Assembly (NCBI GenBank): GCA_964613185.1 | Contig: CAZTIP010000001.1 | Location: 52,716-116,715 of the forward strand | DNA: 64,000 nt | Reading direction: 5' to 3' | Origin: Candidatus Woesearchaeota archaeon | GTDB taxonomy: Archaea; Nanobdellota; Nanobdellia; Pacearchaeales; GW2011-AR1 | Shown: one piece after another, positions 45,609 to 55,766 of the stretch | How the letters are laid out: every line of letters starts with the position of its first letter | How positions within the stretch are numbered: the first letter of the stretch is position 1 | Position numbers and translations under genes: made by a program | Notes under the pieces: model-generated | What the model was told of the DNA's origin: nothing | Seen by the model: only the letters and a program-made list of their open reading frames with translations | Databases searched by the model: none

Positions 45609-46790
45609 TTATTTTTCATTTTTAGAAACATAATTGAGTGAATTTAATATAGCTTCGACATCTTCCTCGACATTCCATTTAGATACAATTTTTAAGGATT
45701 CTCTTCCCATAACTGTCCGAAGTTCCTTATTAGATATAAGTTTTTCCATAGCTCTTTGAAGTTCAGAGATAACTCCTTTTGAAAAAATAATCCCATTAAT
45801 ATTATTTTTAACTAAATCTCTTGCAGTACCAACTCCAGTAGAAGAAATTATGGGGAGTGAAAAATTCATTGCTTCATTTAAAACTTTGGGTGATGGATCT
45901 GAAATAGATGCCATGATGAAAATATCTGCAGCAACATAATATTCGGATAATTTTTTTGGATCCGGTAAAAAATTTATAAATCTTACGTTTTTTAAATTTA
46001 GGGTTTTTTGATACTTTTGGAGGTTTATTTTATCTGGACCATCACCCACAAAGATTAAATAAACGTTTTCATTTTTTAAATTTTTAAAAGCTTTTAATGT
46101 ATTGAATGAACCTTTTCTTTCATCTAGTGTACCGACGCAAAGTAACACGATAGATTTTGAAGGGATATTTAGAGACTTCCTAATTTTTTTGTAATTAAGT
46201 TTTTTCGATAATTTGTTATAAAATTCATTATCCACAGAACAGGGATGGAAGAATAGTTTAGAATTTTTAACGCCATATTTCAGGTAGAATTCCTTATTTT
46301 TAGTATAGCTATAAAGAAATGCTGAAGGAATTTTAAAAAGAAATTTATAAAAATTATGTTTAAAAAAATTTTTAATTTTTTTTGGAGACATTTCATTAAT
46401 TTCTTCTCGAAATATTATAGGGGTTCTGCCAAATTTTGCCCCAATATAAGACAATTTTTTAAAAGTTGAAGAGTACCCATAAATAATTACGGCATCATAT
46501 TTATTTTTAAACAAAATTGGTATTATCTCAAAATTCCATAATTTCCACAAATCTTTTGGAATGAAGGAAAATTTAAAAGGGTAATAATTTTTTAAAAAAA
46601 CATGATTAAATTTTTTCTTTTTAAAAAATTCATTATTTTTCGAGTTAAAATTATTTGAACCTCTAAAAGGTTCAGAAAAATATACTTTAAAATCAATTTT
46701 TTTAGATTTAAAAAGTTCCCTATAAATTGGGAGGCGATAAGTAACTGGATTATCCTCTACAATTGCGATACGGTATTTTTTAGGAACCAT
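45609..46790 (-). CDS. Glycosyltransferase family 4.
   Basis: ...ASISDPSPKVLNEAMNFSLPIISS... Confidence 0.75.
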   Translation of the reverse strand: MVPKKYRIAIVEDNPVTYRLPIYRELFKSKKIDFKVYFSEPFRGSNNFNSKNNEFFKKKKFNHVFLKNYYPFKFSFIPKDLWKLWNFEIIPILFKNKYDAVIIYGYSSTFKKLSYIGAKFGRTPIIFREEINEMSPKKIKNFFKHNFYKFLFKIPSAFLYSYTKNKEFYLKYGVKNSKLFFHPCSVDNEFYNKLSKKLNYKKIRKSLNIPSKSIVLLCVGTLDERKGSFNTLKAFKNLKNENVYLIFVGDGPDKINLQKYQKTLNLKNVRFINFLPDPKKLSEYYVAADIFIMASISDPSPKVLNEAMNFSLPIISSTGVGTARDLVKNNINGIIFSKGVISELQRAMEKLISNKELRTVMGRESLKIVSKWNVEEDVEAILNSLNYVSKNEK

Positions 46791-46916
46791 AATAATAGAT
46801 TATAAATATCCTTTAAAAAATTTACCTCTTTTAAAAACTTATTAAATATCTACCAATTAATAAAATCAAAAAGATTTTTGAGATATATTTAAAAGGCCTA
46901 TTAATTTAAAACTTTA

Positions 46917-47756
46917 ATGAGGAGGGAAATCCATGATTATTTAAAAAAGATATATTTAATGTTCCCTGAGAAATATAAAAAAAATGCAAAAGATTTCTAT
47001 TATGGGCCACTTTACATTGCTTCTTGGATGCCTAAAAATCTTTTTGTAGGTGTCATCAGAAGATTTTATAGGGATAAAACTATAAAAAATTTAAATTTTT
47101 TTGAACAAACATTTTATTCACAAAGCGGAGAAGATGGAATAATAAAGACTATTTTTGATAAAATTGGGACAACAAATAAATTTTGCATAGAATTTGGAAT
47201 TTCCAAAAATCAGGGAAATACAATTAATCTTAAACGTAATGGGTGGGATTGCTTATGGATGGACTGGGAAGGGGACGGGGAAATAATTAAAAAAGAATAT
47301 ATAACTAGGGAAAATATAGAGTTTCTTTTTAGGAAGTGGGGAGTTCCAAAGGAACCAGATTTATTATCAATAGATTTAGATTCAAATGATTATTGGATTT
47401 GGGATTCAATTAAAAATTACTCCCCAAGAGTAATTTTAATAGAATACAATGCAAATATCTCGATTAAGAAAAGTGTTAGTGTAGGTTATGATTTAAAAAA
47501 TTGTTGGAATAAGGTAGATGATTATTATGGTGCAAGTTTATTAGCTCTTTATAAATTAGGGAAAATTAAGGGCTATACTCTTATTGGGTGTAATGAGTTG
47601 GGAGTAAATGCATTCTTCTTGAGAGATGATTTAATCAAAAATAATTTCAAAATAAAAAGTTTAGAAAAAACTTATCGTAAGCCAAAATATGGGAAGAAAA
47701 TTAATGGAATTTATTCAGGATACAAAAGAAGTAAAAGGAAAATGGTCAAAGTTTAG
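46917..47756 (+). CDS. Hypothetical protein, weakly FkbM-methyltransferase-like.
   Basis: YSQSGEDGII resembles the FkbM-family N-terminal motif. Otherwise unassigned. Confidence 0.35.
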   Translation: MRREIHDYLKKIYLMFPEKYKKNAKDFYYGPLYIASWMPKNLFVGVIRRFYRDKTIKNLNFFEQTFYSQSGEDGIIKTIFDKIGTTNKFCIEFGISKNQGNTINLKRNGWDCLWMDWEGDGEIIKKEYITRENIEFLFRKWGVPKEPDLLSIDLDSNDYWIWDSIKNYSPRVILIEYNANISIKKSVSVGYDLKNCWNKVDDYYGASLLALYKLGKIKGYTLIGCNELGVNAFFLRDDLIKNNFKIKSLEKTYRKPKYGKKINGIYSGYKRSKRKMVKV

Positions 47757-47760
47757 GTAA

Positions 47761-48372
47761 ATGGGGGTTAAAAAAATTTTTTTCACAGGAAGAGATATGA
47801 TAAACAACCTTTTTTTAAGATTTATGGGCATTTGCTTTATTAAACCATTTCCAAAACACTCCATAAGGTTTTGTAAGAGCTATTTTAAATCAAAACCAAT
47901 TAATGTTATAGAAATAGGAACTTTCAAAGGAATTAATGCAAAATACATTTTAAATAATTTAAATATAAAAAAAATATATCTTATAGATCCTTATGACAAA
48001 TATACTTGCCAAGATAATTATAAAATAAAACAGATAACTAAGTTAGATTTAAAAAAACCAAAAAACCAGGCACATAAGATATTAAAAAAATATAATTTTG
48101 GGGGAAAACTAAATTGGATTGAAGAATATTCAGATAGTGCAGTTAGAAAGGTTCCCAAGGCAGATTATATTTATCTTGATGGAGAACATACCTATGGACA
48201 GGTGATAAAAGATTTAGAGAACTATTACCCTAAATTAAGGGGATTCGGAATAATGGCAGGACATGATATTCATATAGAAGGGGTTTTAAATGCAGTACAA
48301 GATTTTACAAGGAAAAAAGATTTAAATTTTAGGGTGAGTGGTCAAGATTGGTGGTTCATTAAAAATAAATAA
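47761..48372 (+). CDS. Class I SAM-dependent methyltransferase, TylF/MycF (macrocin O-methyltransferase)-like.
   Basis: ...VIEIGTFKGINAKY... and ...YIYLDGEHTYGQV... match the TylF-family pattern. Confidence 0.6.
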   Translation: MGVKKIFFTGRDMINNLFLRFMGICFIKPFPKHSIRFCKSYFKSKPINVIEIGTFKGINAKYILNNLNIKKIYLIDPYDKYTCQDNYKIKQITKLDLKKPKNQAHKILKKYNFGGKLNWIEEYSDSAVRKVPKADYIYLDGEHTYGQVIKDLENYYPKLRGFGIMAGHDIHIEGVLNAVQDFTRKKDLNFRVSGQDWWFIKNK

Positions 48373-48398
48373 CTGGAAATCTTATTTTAAGAATGGCC

Positions 48399-49268
48399 TC
48401 ATCTTTTTTCCCAAATATTAAACTTAATTAGGCTCTCTTTTAAAATTCTTTTAATTCTTAAAAATCTCAAAAATTCTAGAGTTAGACTTTCTATAATGGG
48501 GAATTTTTTCCTTCTCAAATAATGGTGGGATGCTAGATAATCAAAACCTAAAAATTTAAAAATTAAAATCCATTTTAAATTAAAATAAGGGAAATTAATA
48601 TATTTTAACTTACGAAGTTTTATTTTAGAAGGGTATTTATTCAACATAAAATTAAAATAAGTTTCTTGTTCAGAAAAACCGGCCTCAGTTTTTAAATCAA
48701 TATTTTCCATGACTCTTTTCCATAATTCTCCATCAACCAATTTAAAAAGTTTTTGGATATAAGGTCTTTGATAAATCATATGATGGACAGTCCCAGAGAG
48801 TGTAGGTAAATATTTTCCAAAACAAAAAAGTTCTTCTAAAATTTGATAATAAGGTTCATGATGACCTGTTTCAAAGCTATAGAGGGGGGTAGAATTCTCA
48901 AAGAATTTAGTGGGCCGAAGGAACATAACATCCGCATCAATAATTAACAAATTATCTAACACCTTCCTATCAATGACATTTAAAAAATATAATTTTAGGA
49001 ATTGCTGATAATACCATCCTCCCCGATCCTTAGGGGAATATTTTGAAATAGTTTTTTTATTAAATGGAAAATTTTTTTCACTTATAAAATGGATATTTGG
49101 GTCATTAGGGAAATAATTATTTTCACTCAAAACAAAAATTTTACGATAACCTAAAATATTTTTTTTAGCATAATCTATACTTTTTTTTAGGATATTTATA
49201 TCCTTCTTATGGCAAAGAAATAAAATATCAAAATTTTTATTTTTAAGAGGGTCTTCTAGGTTCTTCAT
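48399..49268 (-). CDS. Hypothetical protein, a possible nucleotide-sugar transferase (DxD-like IIDADVMF).
   Basis: 289 aa. Context within the glycosylation island. Confidence 0.35.
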   Translation of the reverse strand: MKNLEDPLKNKNFDILFLCHKKDINILKKSIDYAKKNILGYRKIFVLSENNYFPNDPNIHFISEKNFPFNKKTISKYSPKDRGGWYYQQFLKLYFLNVIDRKVLDNLLIIDADVMFLRPTKFFENSTPLYSFETGHHEPYYQILEELFCFGKYLPTLSGTVHHMIYQRPYIQKLFKLVDGELWKRVMENIDLKTEAGFSEQETYFNFMLNKYPSKIKLRKLKYINFPYFNLKWILIFKFLGFDYLASHHYLRRKKFPIIESLTLEFLRFLRIKRILKESLIKFNIWEKR

Positions 49269-50312
49269 TCATCCCAATTTTTTTAAATCAGATTCAACCA
49301 TCATAATTACCAATTTCTCAAATTTAATTTTTGGATCCCATTTTAAATTTTGTCGAGCTTTTTCATAGTTTCCTATTAACAAATCAACTTCTGCAGGACG
49401 ATAAAATTTAGGGTGTTGAACAACAAATATTTTATTTCTTTCTTTTTTAAGTTCTTGAATTTTCAAATCAGCATCTTCAATACTTTTATTATGCAGGTCT
49501 ACAATTTCATAACTCTTTTTTAAATAAGAGAATGCAGAATCAATAAAATCACGAATACTGTGGGTTTCTCCAGTGCAAATAATATAATCTTCAGGGTTTT
49601 CTTGTTGTAACATCATCCACATTGCCCTAACATAATCTTTAGCATGGCCCCAATCTCTTTTTGCATCAAGATTTCCCAATGAAAGGATATTAGTTTTTTC
49701 CTTAGAGATTTTTGAAATTCCTGCAGTTATTTTTCGGGTAACAAACTCTTTTCCCCTTCTAGGAGATTCATGATTAAATAAGATTCCAGAGCAGGCAAAA
49801 ATCCCATAAGATTCCCTATAATTTCGAGTTAATTCAAATCCCGTAACCTTGCTGATTCCATAAGGTGAACGGGGATGAAAAGGTGTTTTTTCAGTTTGAG
49901 GAACTTCAGTTACCTTTCCAAACATTTCAGAAGACGCTGCAAAATAGAATTTACAATTGGGAGACTTTTCCTTAAGTGCAGAAAGCATATGATGGGTTCC
50001 TTCAACATTTGTCTTCATTGTAGAAAAGCTATCTTCAAAAGATTCGTGAACAAAACTTTGGGCAGCAAGATGGTAACATTCATCAGGTTGAATTTTTTCA
50101 AAAAGTTCAATTAATCTAGAATAACTTTCCAAAGTCCCCGGATGGAGGATTAACTTATCTTTAAGATGATAAATTCTTCCAAGACGGTCCCTAGGATCTT
50201 CAATAGCCACACGTCTAACAAGTCCATGAACTTCGTATCCCTTTTCAAGTAAAAATTCTGCAAGATAACTTCCATCTTGCCCTGTTATTCCTGTGATAAA
50301 AGCCCTTTTCAT
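49269..50312 (-). CDS. gmd: GDP-mannose 4,6-dehydratase.
   Basis: MKRAFITGITGQDGSYLAEFLLEKGYEVHGLVRR... is the canonical GMD N-terminus, with a conserved downstream SDR catalytic region. Confidence 0.93.
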   Translation of the reverse strand: MKRAFITGITGQDGSYLAEFLLEKGYEVHGLVRRVAIEDPRDRLGRIYHLKDKLILHPGTLESYSRLIELFEKIQPDECYHLAAQSFVHESFEDSFSTMKTNVEGTHHMLSALKEKSPNCKFYFAASSEMFGKVTEVPQTEKTPFHPRSPYGISKVTGFELTRNYRESYGIFACSGILFNHESPRRGKEFVTRKITAGISKISKEKTNILSLGNLDAKRDWGHAKDYVRAMWMMLQQENPEDYIICTGETHSIRDFIDSAFSYLKKSYEIVDLHNKSIEDADLKIQELKKERNKIFVVQHPKFYRPAEVDLLIGNYEKARQNLKWDPKIKFEKLVIMMVESDLKKLG

Positions 50313-50368
50313 TAAAAATTTAATTAAAAAAGACTTTTAAATTTATGGATAACCTACCTTTTTATAAA

Positions 50369-51493
50369 TTATTTTTTCATGGCATCAAAATAAATTTTCC
50401 CTAACTTTTTATTTCTTTCTTTAATTGAGAATTTTCCATTTAAAATTTGAGTTTTAGCATTTTTAGACATTTCATTTCTAAGGCTCCTTTCACAAATTAA
50501 GGTTTCACATTTTTTTAAGATTGAATTTAATGTCTTAGGGTCCATTACCCTATTTTCTCCACTAGCTTTTAGGTTATTTATAATAAATCCTGTTTTTCCT
50601 TCAATAATTGTTTCAGAAATCGTGTGAGTAGATTTTGTCTTTTGGGAGATGACAGGTATCCCAAAACTTTGAGCTTCAAGAATTGCAAATCCAAGGGTAT
50701 CTGAAAATGTAGGGTACAGGAGAATATCTGAAGAGGGATATATTTTAGTGAACAATGATTCTCGCGGTAATAATTTTAGGAAACGGATTCTTTTATTTTT
50801 AGAATATTTCATTATAAATTTCTCAGGAACTTCAGAGACAATCACTCCATCTACTTGGGGATACTTTTTAGTGAGTGTATTAAGGATTTTTAAGAAAATT
50901 TCTCCTCCTTTAATTTCAAAGTCTCGACCAACAAATAAGAATCTAACCTTTTTTTTATGGAGATTTTTGGAAAAAGTTTGAATTGGAACTGCAGGAAAGA
51001 CAACCTCGATTTTATTTTTCAATTCTGGAAATTCTCTTAAAATATTTTTTTTAGACCATTCACTCCAAGGCATGATTTTTTTACAATATTCTGAATTTAA
51101 ATATTTTCGAACAGTTTTTTTAGATTTATTATTAAATTTATTTGAATTTCCACCAAACCAAAATTGATTAATATATTCAAAATCCGCAACCCAGGGGAAT
51201 CTGTTTTTACTTAGACAACGTGTACAATGGATTAGCCCTGAGTCTCCAATGTTATTTGAGTAATAGGCATTCGGAAAAGAAACTTTTAAAACTTTTAAAA
51301 CTTTTTTTAAAAACAATTTTAACAAAAAAGTTTTTTTAAAAAGATTTCCTTTAATTAAAATTTTAAAATTATTAAATCCAGAATAACTAATTTTTTTCGG
51401 GGGATTTTTGACTAAAGATTCATAATAGGATGAATCTACGATTCCAAGAGGTTTTTGAAAAAAAACATTTAAGTTTCCCATTTTATTTAACAA
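50369..51493 (-). CDS. Glycosyltransferase family 4.
   Basis: ...YPTFSDTLGFAILEAQSFGIPVIS... Confidence 0.75.
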   Translation of the reverse strand: MLNKMGNLNVFFQKPLGIVDSSYYESLVKNPPKKISYSGFNNFKILIKGNLFKKTFLLKLFLKKVLKVLKVSFPNAYYSNNIGDSGLIHCTRCLSKNRFPWVADFEYINQFWFGGNSNKFNNKSKKTVRKYLNSEYCKKIMPWSEWSKKNILREFPELKNKIEVVFPAVPIQTFSKNLHKKKVRFLFVGRDFEIKGGEIFLKILNTLTKKYPQVDGVIVSEVPEKFIMKYSKNKRIRFLKLLPRESLFTKIYPSSDILLYPTFSDTLGFAILEAQSFGIPVISQKTKSTHTISETIIEGKTGFIINNLKASGENRVMDPKTLNSILKKCETLICERSLRNEMSKNAKTQILNGKFSIKERNKKLGKIYFDAMKK

Positions 51494-52022
51494 CTTTCAA
51501 TTCAAATTCAATCTCAGAAGAGGGAATTATGCCTGAAAGAAATTTACAATAAAATCGATGGTTAAAATTTATTAAAGGGTTAAGGAAGAGGTTCAATATT
51601 TTTGAACGCCCTAGGCTAAAATTAATTTTAACCATTTTAACTTCAAACATTTTTTCACTACAATTTACTTCATGTGAAAAAACCCCTATTTGGGTTTTAG
51701 GATTAAAATAATCAAAACTAAATGGGGTAAAAAATCTTACATAGGTTGGATCGCTAAATTGTTCACATGAAGAATAAAAAGGGACTCTAATTTTAATTAA
51801 AGAACCATTTTTACAAACTCTTCTTAACTCGTGCATCATTTCAATAAAATTTTTAACATGTTCAAATACGTGTTCTGCCAATATGAAATCTACACTATTA
51901 GATTTAAATGGCAATTTTTTTTCTAAATCAACGATTTTATCGGGACCAACATTCTTAGAGATGTCACAATTAAGATAACCTTTTAATTTATTTTGTCCAC
52001 ACCCTAAATGAAGCTTCATCAA
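51483..52022 (-). CDS. Class I SAM-dependent methyltransferase (Methyltransf_11-like).
   Basis: MMKLHLGCGQNKLKGYLNCDI...SVDFILAEHVFEHV. Confidence 0.75.
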   Translation of the reverse strand: MMKLHLGCGQNKLKGYLNCDISKNVGPDKIVDLEKKLPFKSNSVDFILAEHVFEHVKNFIEMMHELRRVCKNGSLIKIRVPFYSSCEQFSDPTYVRFFTPFSFDYFNPKTQIGVFSHEVNCSEKMFEVKMVKINFSLGRSKILNLFLNPLINFNHRFYCKFLSGIIPSSEIEFELKVVK

Positions 52023-54664
52023 TAAAATACCTCATCAAATTTTGCATATTGTCCATTTAAAACTTCCTTAAATTCGTCAATTACTAAAGTTTCCTTGGGA
52101 TAATTGACTTCCCAAATTTTTATTGGGCCTCTAAAACCGCCATAATAAATAAATTCACTTCCCGAATATCCATAATTTCGAAGTTGTTCAACTAAGGGGT
52201 CTGATGTTTCGTGAGCTAAGTTTAATGTAGGATAATTTTCAAGGACATCATCCATTAAGAATAATTGGGCGAACAAACTTTTAGAAACTTTTGGAGAAAG
52301 ATAAATCGCAGAACCTAGGGGATTAACTTGTTGACCGTCAAAAGAGGGAATAATAAATGCTACTGCATCAATCCCAGTTTTATGATCAACTAATTGGCCT
52401 TCATAATAGGTGTATCTCAGAGGGATTTTTGTTTGAAGATTATTGTAAAGGTAAACTGCAGAAGGTTGGCTAATAAATGTCAGGCCTTCATCACTGGTTT
52501 TAAGATTGACTATTATTCCAACAATTGCAGCATTGCCAGAAGGAAGAAAAATAGGGTTACCTTCCAATTCATACAAAATATCTTCAAAAATATAGCTACC
52601 ACCTTGGAAAATAATTTGTTTTCCATCGGTTGTTTCTTTAATCTGTTTTTCATTAGACACCATTACAGGAATTGAAGAAAGACGATCATTTGCATTTTCA
52701 TTTCCTCCTCCAATTCGGCTATATGCAGGATATTTTCCAAGGTCGGTAGGATCTATCAAAAGGTATGAAACATTCCATGTTTTCATATAACTAAGTGCAC
52801 TTTTAGGAGAAGGGGTTGTTAAAACATATCTTCCAATATAATGGTCTGTTTGAATTCCGCCAGAATGTCCTCCATCAGTGACTGTTGGTCTCTCTCCGAG
52901 GGTTTGAATCCAATACCCATAATCCCACCAATGTATAAATATCTCTCCCCTAACTGTATTTTCTCGAACCCAGGACATGGATTTTTGCCATTGAATTCCT
53001 GCAGATGGGCCAGTAAGCTTTGCCTGATTTTTAATCTCGACATAATCTCCGGCTACAGAAAAAATTCCTCCAATAAAAATTAAGATAAAAATTCCTCCAA
53101 GGATAACTTTCGAAAGTTCACCATTACTTTTCAAAAAATAATCGTAAATTTTCCTAAGTGCATATGCAGAAGAAAAAAAGACGAATGGGGCTACCAAAAA
53201 GAAGACTCTTGAAGCACTTCGTCCGTTAATCAAGGTAAAAAATAAGATTGAAAAAATTAAAATTGTAGGGATTTCTGATTTAAATTTTCCATGAATAAAA
53301 GTTTTCAAAAGAATAATTCCAAAAATTAGAAGACTTATTAAATAAAAAGATTTACTCACAAGATTAACTCCATTAAATAATGATGTGGGGGAAATTCGGC
53401 TAAATAATATACCGGAAACTACCAAAATCCAGGAAGAAATAAAAACATATTTTTGTCTCCTTTTTTGCATATTTTTTACAAGTTCAATGCCTGAAATAAA
53501 AACTCCAACAACAAATAGGAAAAATAAAATTTTTCCACTTTGGCCAATCCACTGGATCAGATAAGGTTGAGAATTTTCAGCAACAGTAGATCCAAGACGA
53601 TCACTTCCTCCAAAAGGGTTAATTAGTTTAATCAACACATCTCTTAAAATTTCAAAGACATTTTTATCAAAAATTGTTAATCCCATAATGCCTAAAAAGA
53701 TCGTAGAAATAAATGCATAAATGGTTTTATATTTTTTGAATAATATTTTCCCAAAATCATTATTTATTTTTGAAAACAAAAAATCAATCAAAATAAATAA
53801 GAAAACAAATGGGACCAATAAGCCATAGGAACTAATCATTCGATTTGGCATTTCACGGAGAGAATAGCCAAAGATTATTGGAGAAAAAACGGAAGATAAT
53901 ATTAGGAAAAAATAGAATATTAAGGATTTTAAAGAATTATTTTTTGAAAAGAACCAATATAAAAGAAATGCGAAAGGCATAACTGTTAAAACAAAAGTGA
54001 CTGCACCTCCCCAGGTTGCAAGAACAAATGCAATTGAAATCCCGGTAAGGATAGAGAATAAATAAACATTTTTCCAATTTTTTTCAAAATTCTTTAAGCT
54101 AAATAAATAAACAATAAAAAACAAGAAAATCCCAATCATTCCAATCGCTTCATGATCTGAAAATCCTGCCATTGTCCGGTATAGGTAGGATGGGGAAAAT
54201 GCAAGAAATCCGGTTGCAAAAATAGCAACACTCTTCTTCCCAGATAAAAAGAAACTCAAAAAGAAGAACAAAATTATCCCAACTATAAAAAATATTACTG
54301 GAGAGATAACAGAAATTTGTCGGAGAGTAATTTCACTATCAAAAAATTTAGCAAAATTATATATTGAAATGAGGGTATTAGGTAAAATTTCCGGAAGCCA
54401 TCCAATATTAGCAGAAGGGCTCCTCATCTCATCAAATTCAGGATACTCTCCCTCATTTTCCACCAAAGTTTCAGCAAGTCTAAGAAAGTAAAAAGGGTCT
54501 AAGGCCAAAGGGATTTTTTCACCAGTAGTTTGATCTGTTAAAAGTTCCCAATTAGATAATCGAATAGAAGAACTCATCATCAAAACAACAAATAGCACCA
54601 TCAGAGTAGCAATCCATTGAATCTTCCGATTATTTAAAATCTTAAAAACGTCTTCTTTATTCAT
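52019..54664 (-). CDS. aglB: Archaeal oligosaccharyltransferase AglB (STT3 family).
   Basis: 881 aa. About 13 N-terminal TM segments. WWDYGYWI catalytic motif. C-terminal soluble domain. Confidence 0.92.
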   Translation of the reverse strand: MNKEDVFKILNNRKIQWIATLMVLFVVLMMSSSIRLSNWELLTDQTTGEKIPLALDPFYFLRLAETLVENEGEYPEFDEMRSPSANIGWLPEILPNTLISIYNFAKFFDSEITLRQISVISPVIFFIVGIILFFFLSFFLSGKKSVAIFATGFLAFSPSYLYRTMAGFSDHEAIGMIGIFLFFIVYLFSLKNFEKNWKNVYLFSILTGISIAFVLATWGGAVTFVLTVMPFAFLLYWFFSKNNSLKSLIFYFFLILSSVFSPIIFGYSLREMPNRMISSYGLLVPFVFLFILIDFLFSKINNDFGKILFKKYKTIYAFISTIFLGIMGLTIFDKNVFEILRDVLIKLINPFGGSDRLGSTVAENSQPYLIQWIGQSGKILFFLFVVGVFISGIELVKNMQKRRQKYVFISSWILVVSGILFSRISPTSLFNGVNLVSKSFYLISLLIFGIILLKTFIHGKFKSEIPTILIFSILFFTLINGRSASRVFFLVAPFVFFSSAYALRKIYDYFLKSNGELSKVILGGIFILIFIGGIFSVAGDYVEIKNQAKLTGPSAGIQWQKSMSWVRENTVRGEIFIHWWDYGYWIQTLGERPTVTDGGHSGGIQTDHYIGRYVLTTPSPKSALSYMKTWNVSYLLIDPTDLGKYPAYSRIGGGNENANDRLSSIPVMVSNEKQIKETTDGKQIIFQGGSYIFEDILYELEGNPIFLPSGNAAIVGIIVNLKTSDEGLTFISQPSAVYLYNNLQTKIPLRYTYYEGQLVDHKTGIDAVAFIIPSFDGQQVNPLGSAIYLSPKVSKSLFAQLFLMDDVLENYPTLNLAHETSDPLVEQLRNYGYSGSEFIYYGGFRGPIKIWEVNYPKETLVIDEFKEVLNGQYAKFDEVFY

Positions 54665-54709
54665 AAACCAACAAACAACACACTATTTAAAAAACCTTTC
54701 CCAACAAAT

Positions 54710-55702
54710 TTACATCATTAAAAATCCAATTAAAATAAATATTATCTGAAATAAATAAATCAAATAAACCACTTTCTTTTCAGTAGCATGTCCAAATTTA
54801 TTCAAAATAGAAATTGAAAGATGCTCCAATCCATAAATTTTCTTGTAAGGCATTTTCAAATAACCATTTTTATCTGGAATTCCAAAAGATTGTTTTTTCA
54901 GACCTCCACGAAGTTTTAAGAAGAATTCAATAATGTAAGGTATAAAAACAATAACTGCAATTTTTTCAAAATTTCCTAAAATCGCCATTCCTGCAATTAA
55001 GGCACCAACCGAATAAGTCATTATATCTCCCGGGAAAACTTTTGCTGGAAATTTATTAAATAAGTAAAATCCAAGAAGCGCAAAAACCATACAAAGTCCA
55101 ACAATTGCCAGCCAAGGGGAACCCGTAGCATAAGAAACAAAAGACAAAAAAGACAAGATCAAAATTCCCTGTCCAGCTTCAAGTCCGTTAAATCCTGCAA
55201 GAAAATTATAGGTGGTGGTGGCCCCAGCAATCCCAAGAGGAACTAAAACGAGAGGGTAAAGAATTCCAAAATTTACAGCACCAAAAAATGGAAGACTCAT
55301 TTCATGAACCCCGACATTAATAACTATTAAAGGAATTGAAGCAACAAATGCCATCAATATTCTAAAATTATTTGAGAGGCCACCTCTTTTCCATCCAAGT
55401 AAATCATCTACCAACCCGGTAATTCCAAGAATTAAAACAACACTAATCAATGAAAAAATTTCCAATGTTTTTTCAGAACCCCCAAATAAAAAAGTTTTGA
55501 AAGCAATATAGATAAAAAGAGATAAAATAAAAGCCATAACCACAACAACACCTCCAGAGGATGCAATATTTTTAGGCCGATTAAATTTATTCATATCCTC
55601 CCATACAAGTCCAGTATTTTTACATTTACGAATCCAAAAAGGTAAAAATTGCACGACTAAAAGAAAACTAATTACAAGTGAGATTCCCAATAAATAACTC
55701 AT
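54710..55702 (-). CDS. Polyprenyl-phosphate N-acetylhexosamine-1-phosphate transferase (AglH/WecA/MraY family).
   Basis: 330 aa, 10 TM segments. ...NFLAGFNGLEAGQG... motif. Confidence 0.8.
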   Translation of the reverse strand: MSYLLGISLVISFLLVVQFLPFWIRKCKNTGLVWEDMNKFNRPKNIASSGGVVVVMAFILSLFIYIAFKTFLFGGSEKTLEIFSLISVVLILGITGLVDDLLGWKRGGLSNNFRILMAFVASIPLIVINVGVHEMSLPFFGAVNFGILYPLVLVPLGIAGATTTYNFLAGFNGLEAGQGILILSFLSFVSYATGSPWLAIVGLCMVFALLGFYLFNKFPAKVFPGDIMTYSVGALIAGMAILGNFEKIAVIVFIPYIIEFFLKLRGGLKKQSFGIPDKNGYLKMPYKKIYGLEHLSISILNKFGHATEKKVVYLIYLFQIIFILIGFLMM

Positions 55703-55766
55703 AATTTTAACTATCTCAGCTTCCTTAAAAGTCTTTCCAATTTATTAAAAAACAAAAATCACATCC

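Noticed and set aside
45446-45631. 61-aa ORF between the hypothetical beta-propeller gene and the GT4 gene.
   Set aside because: It overlaps both neighbours' ends and has no motif. It is probably an intergenic artefact, although a tiny real peptide cannot be excluded.
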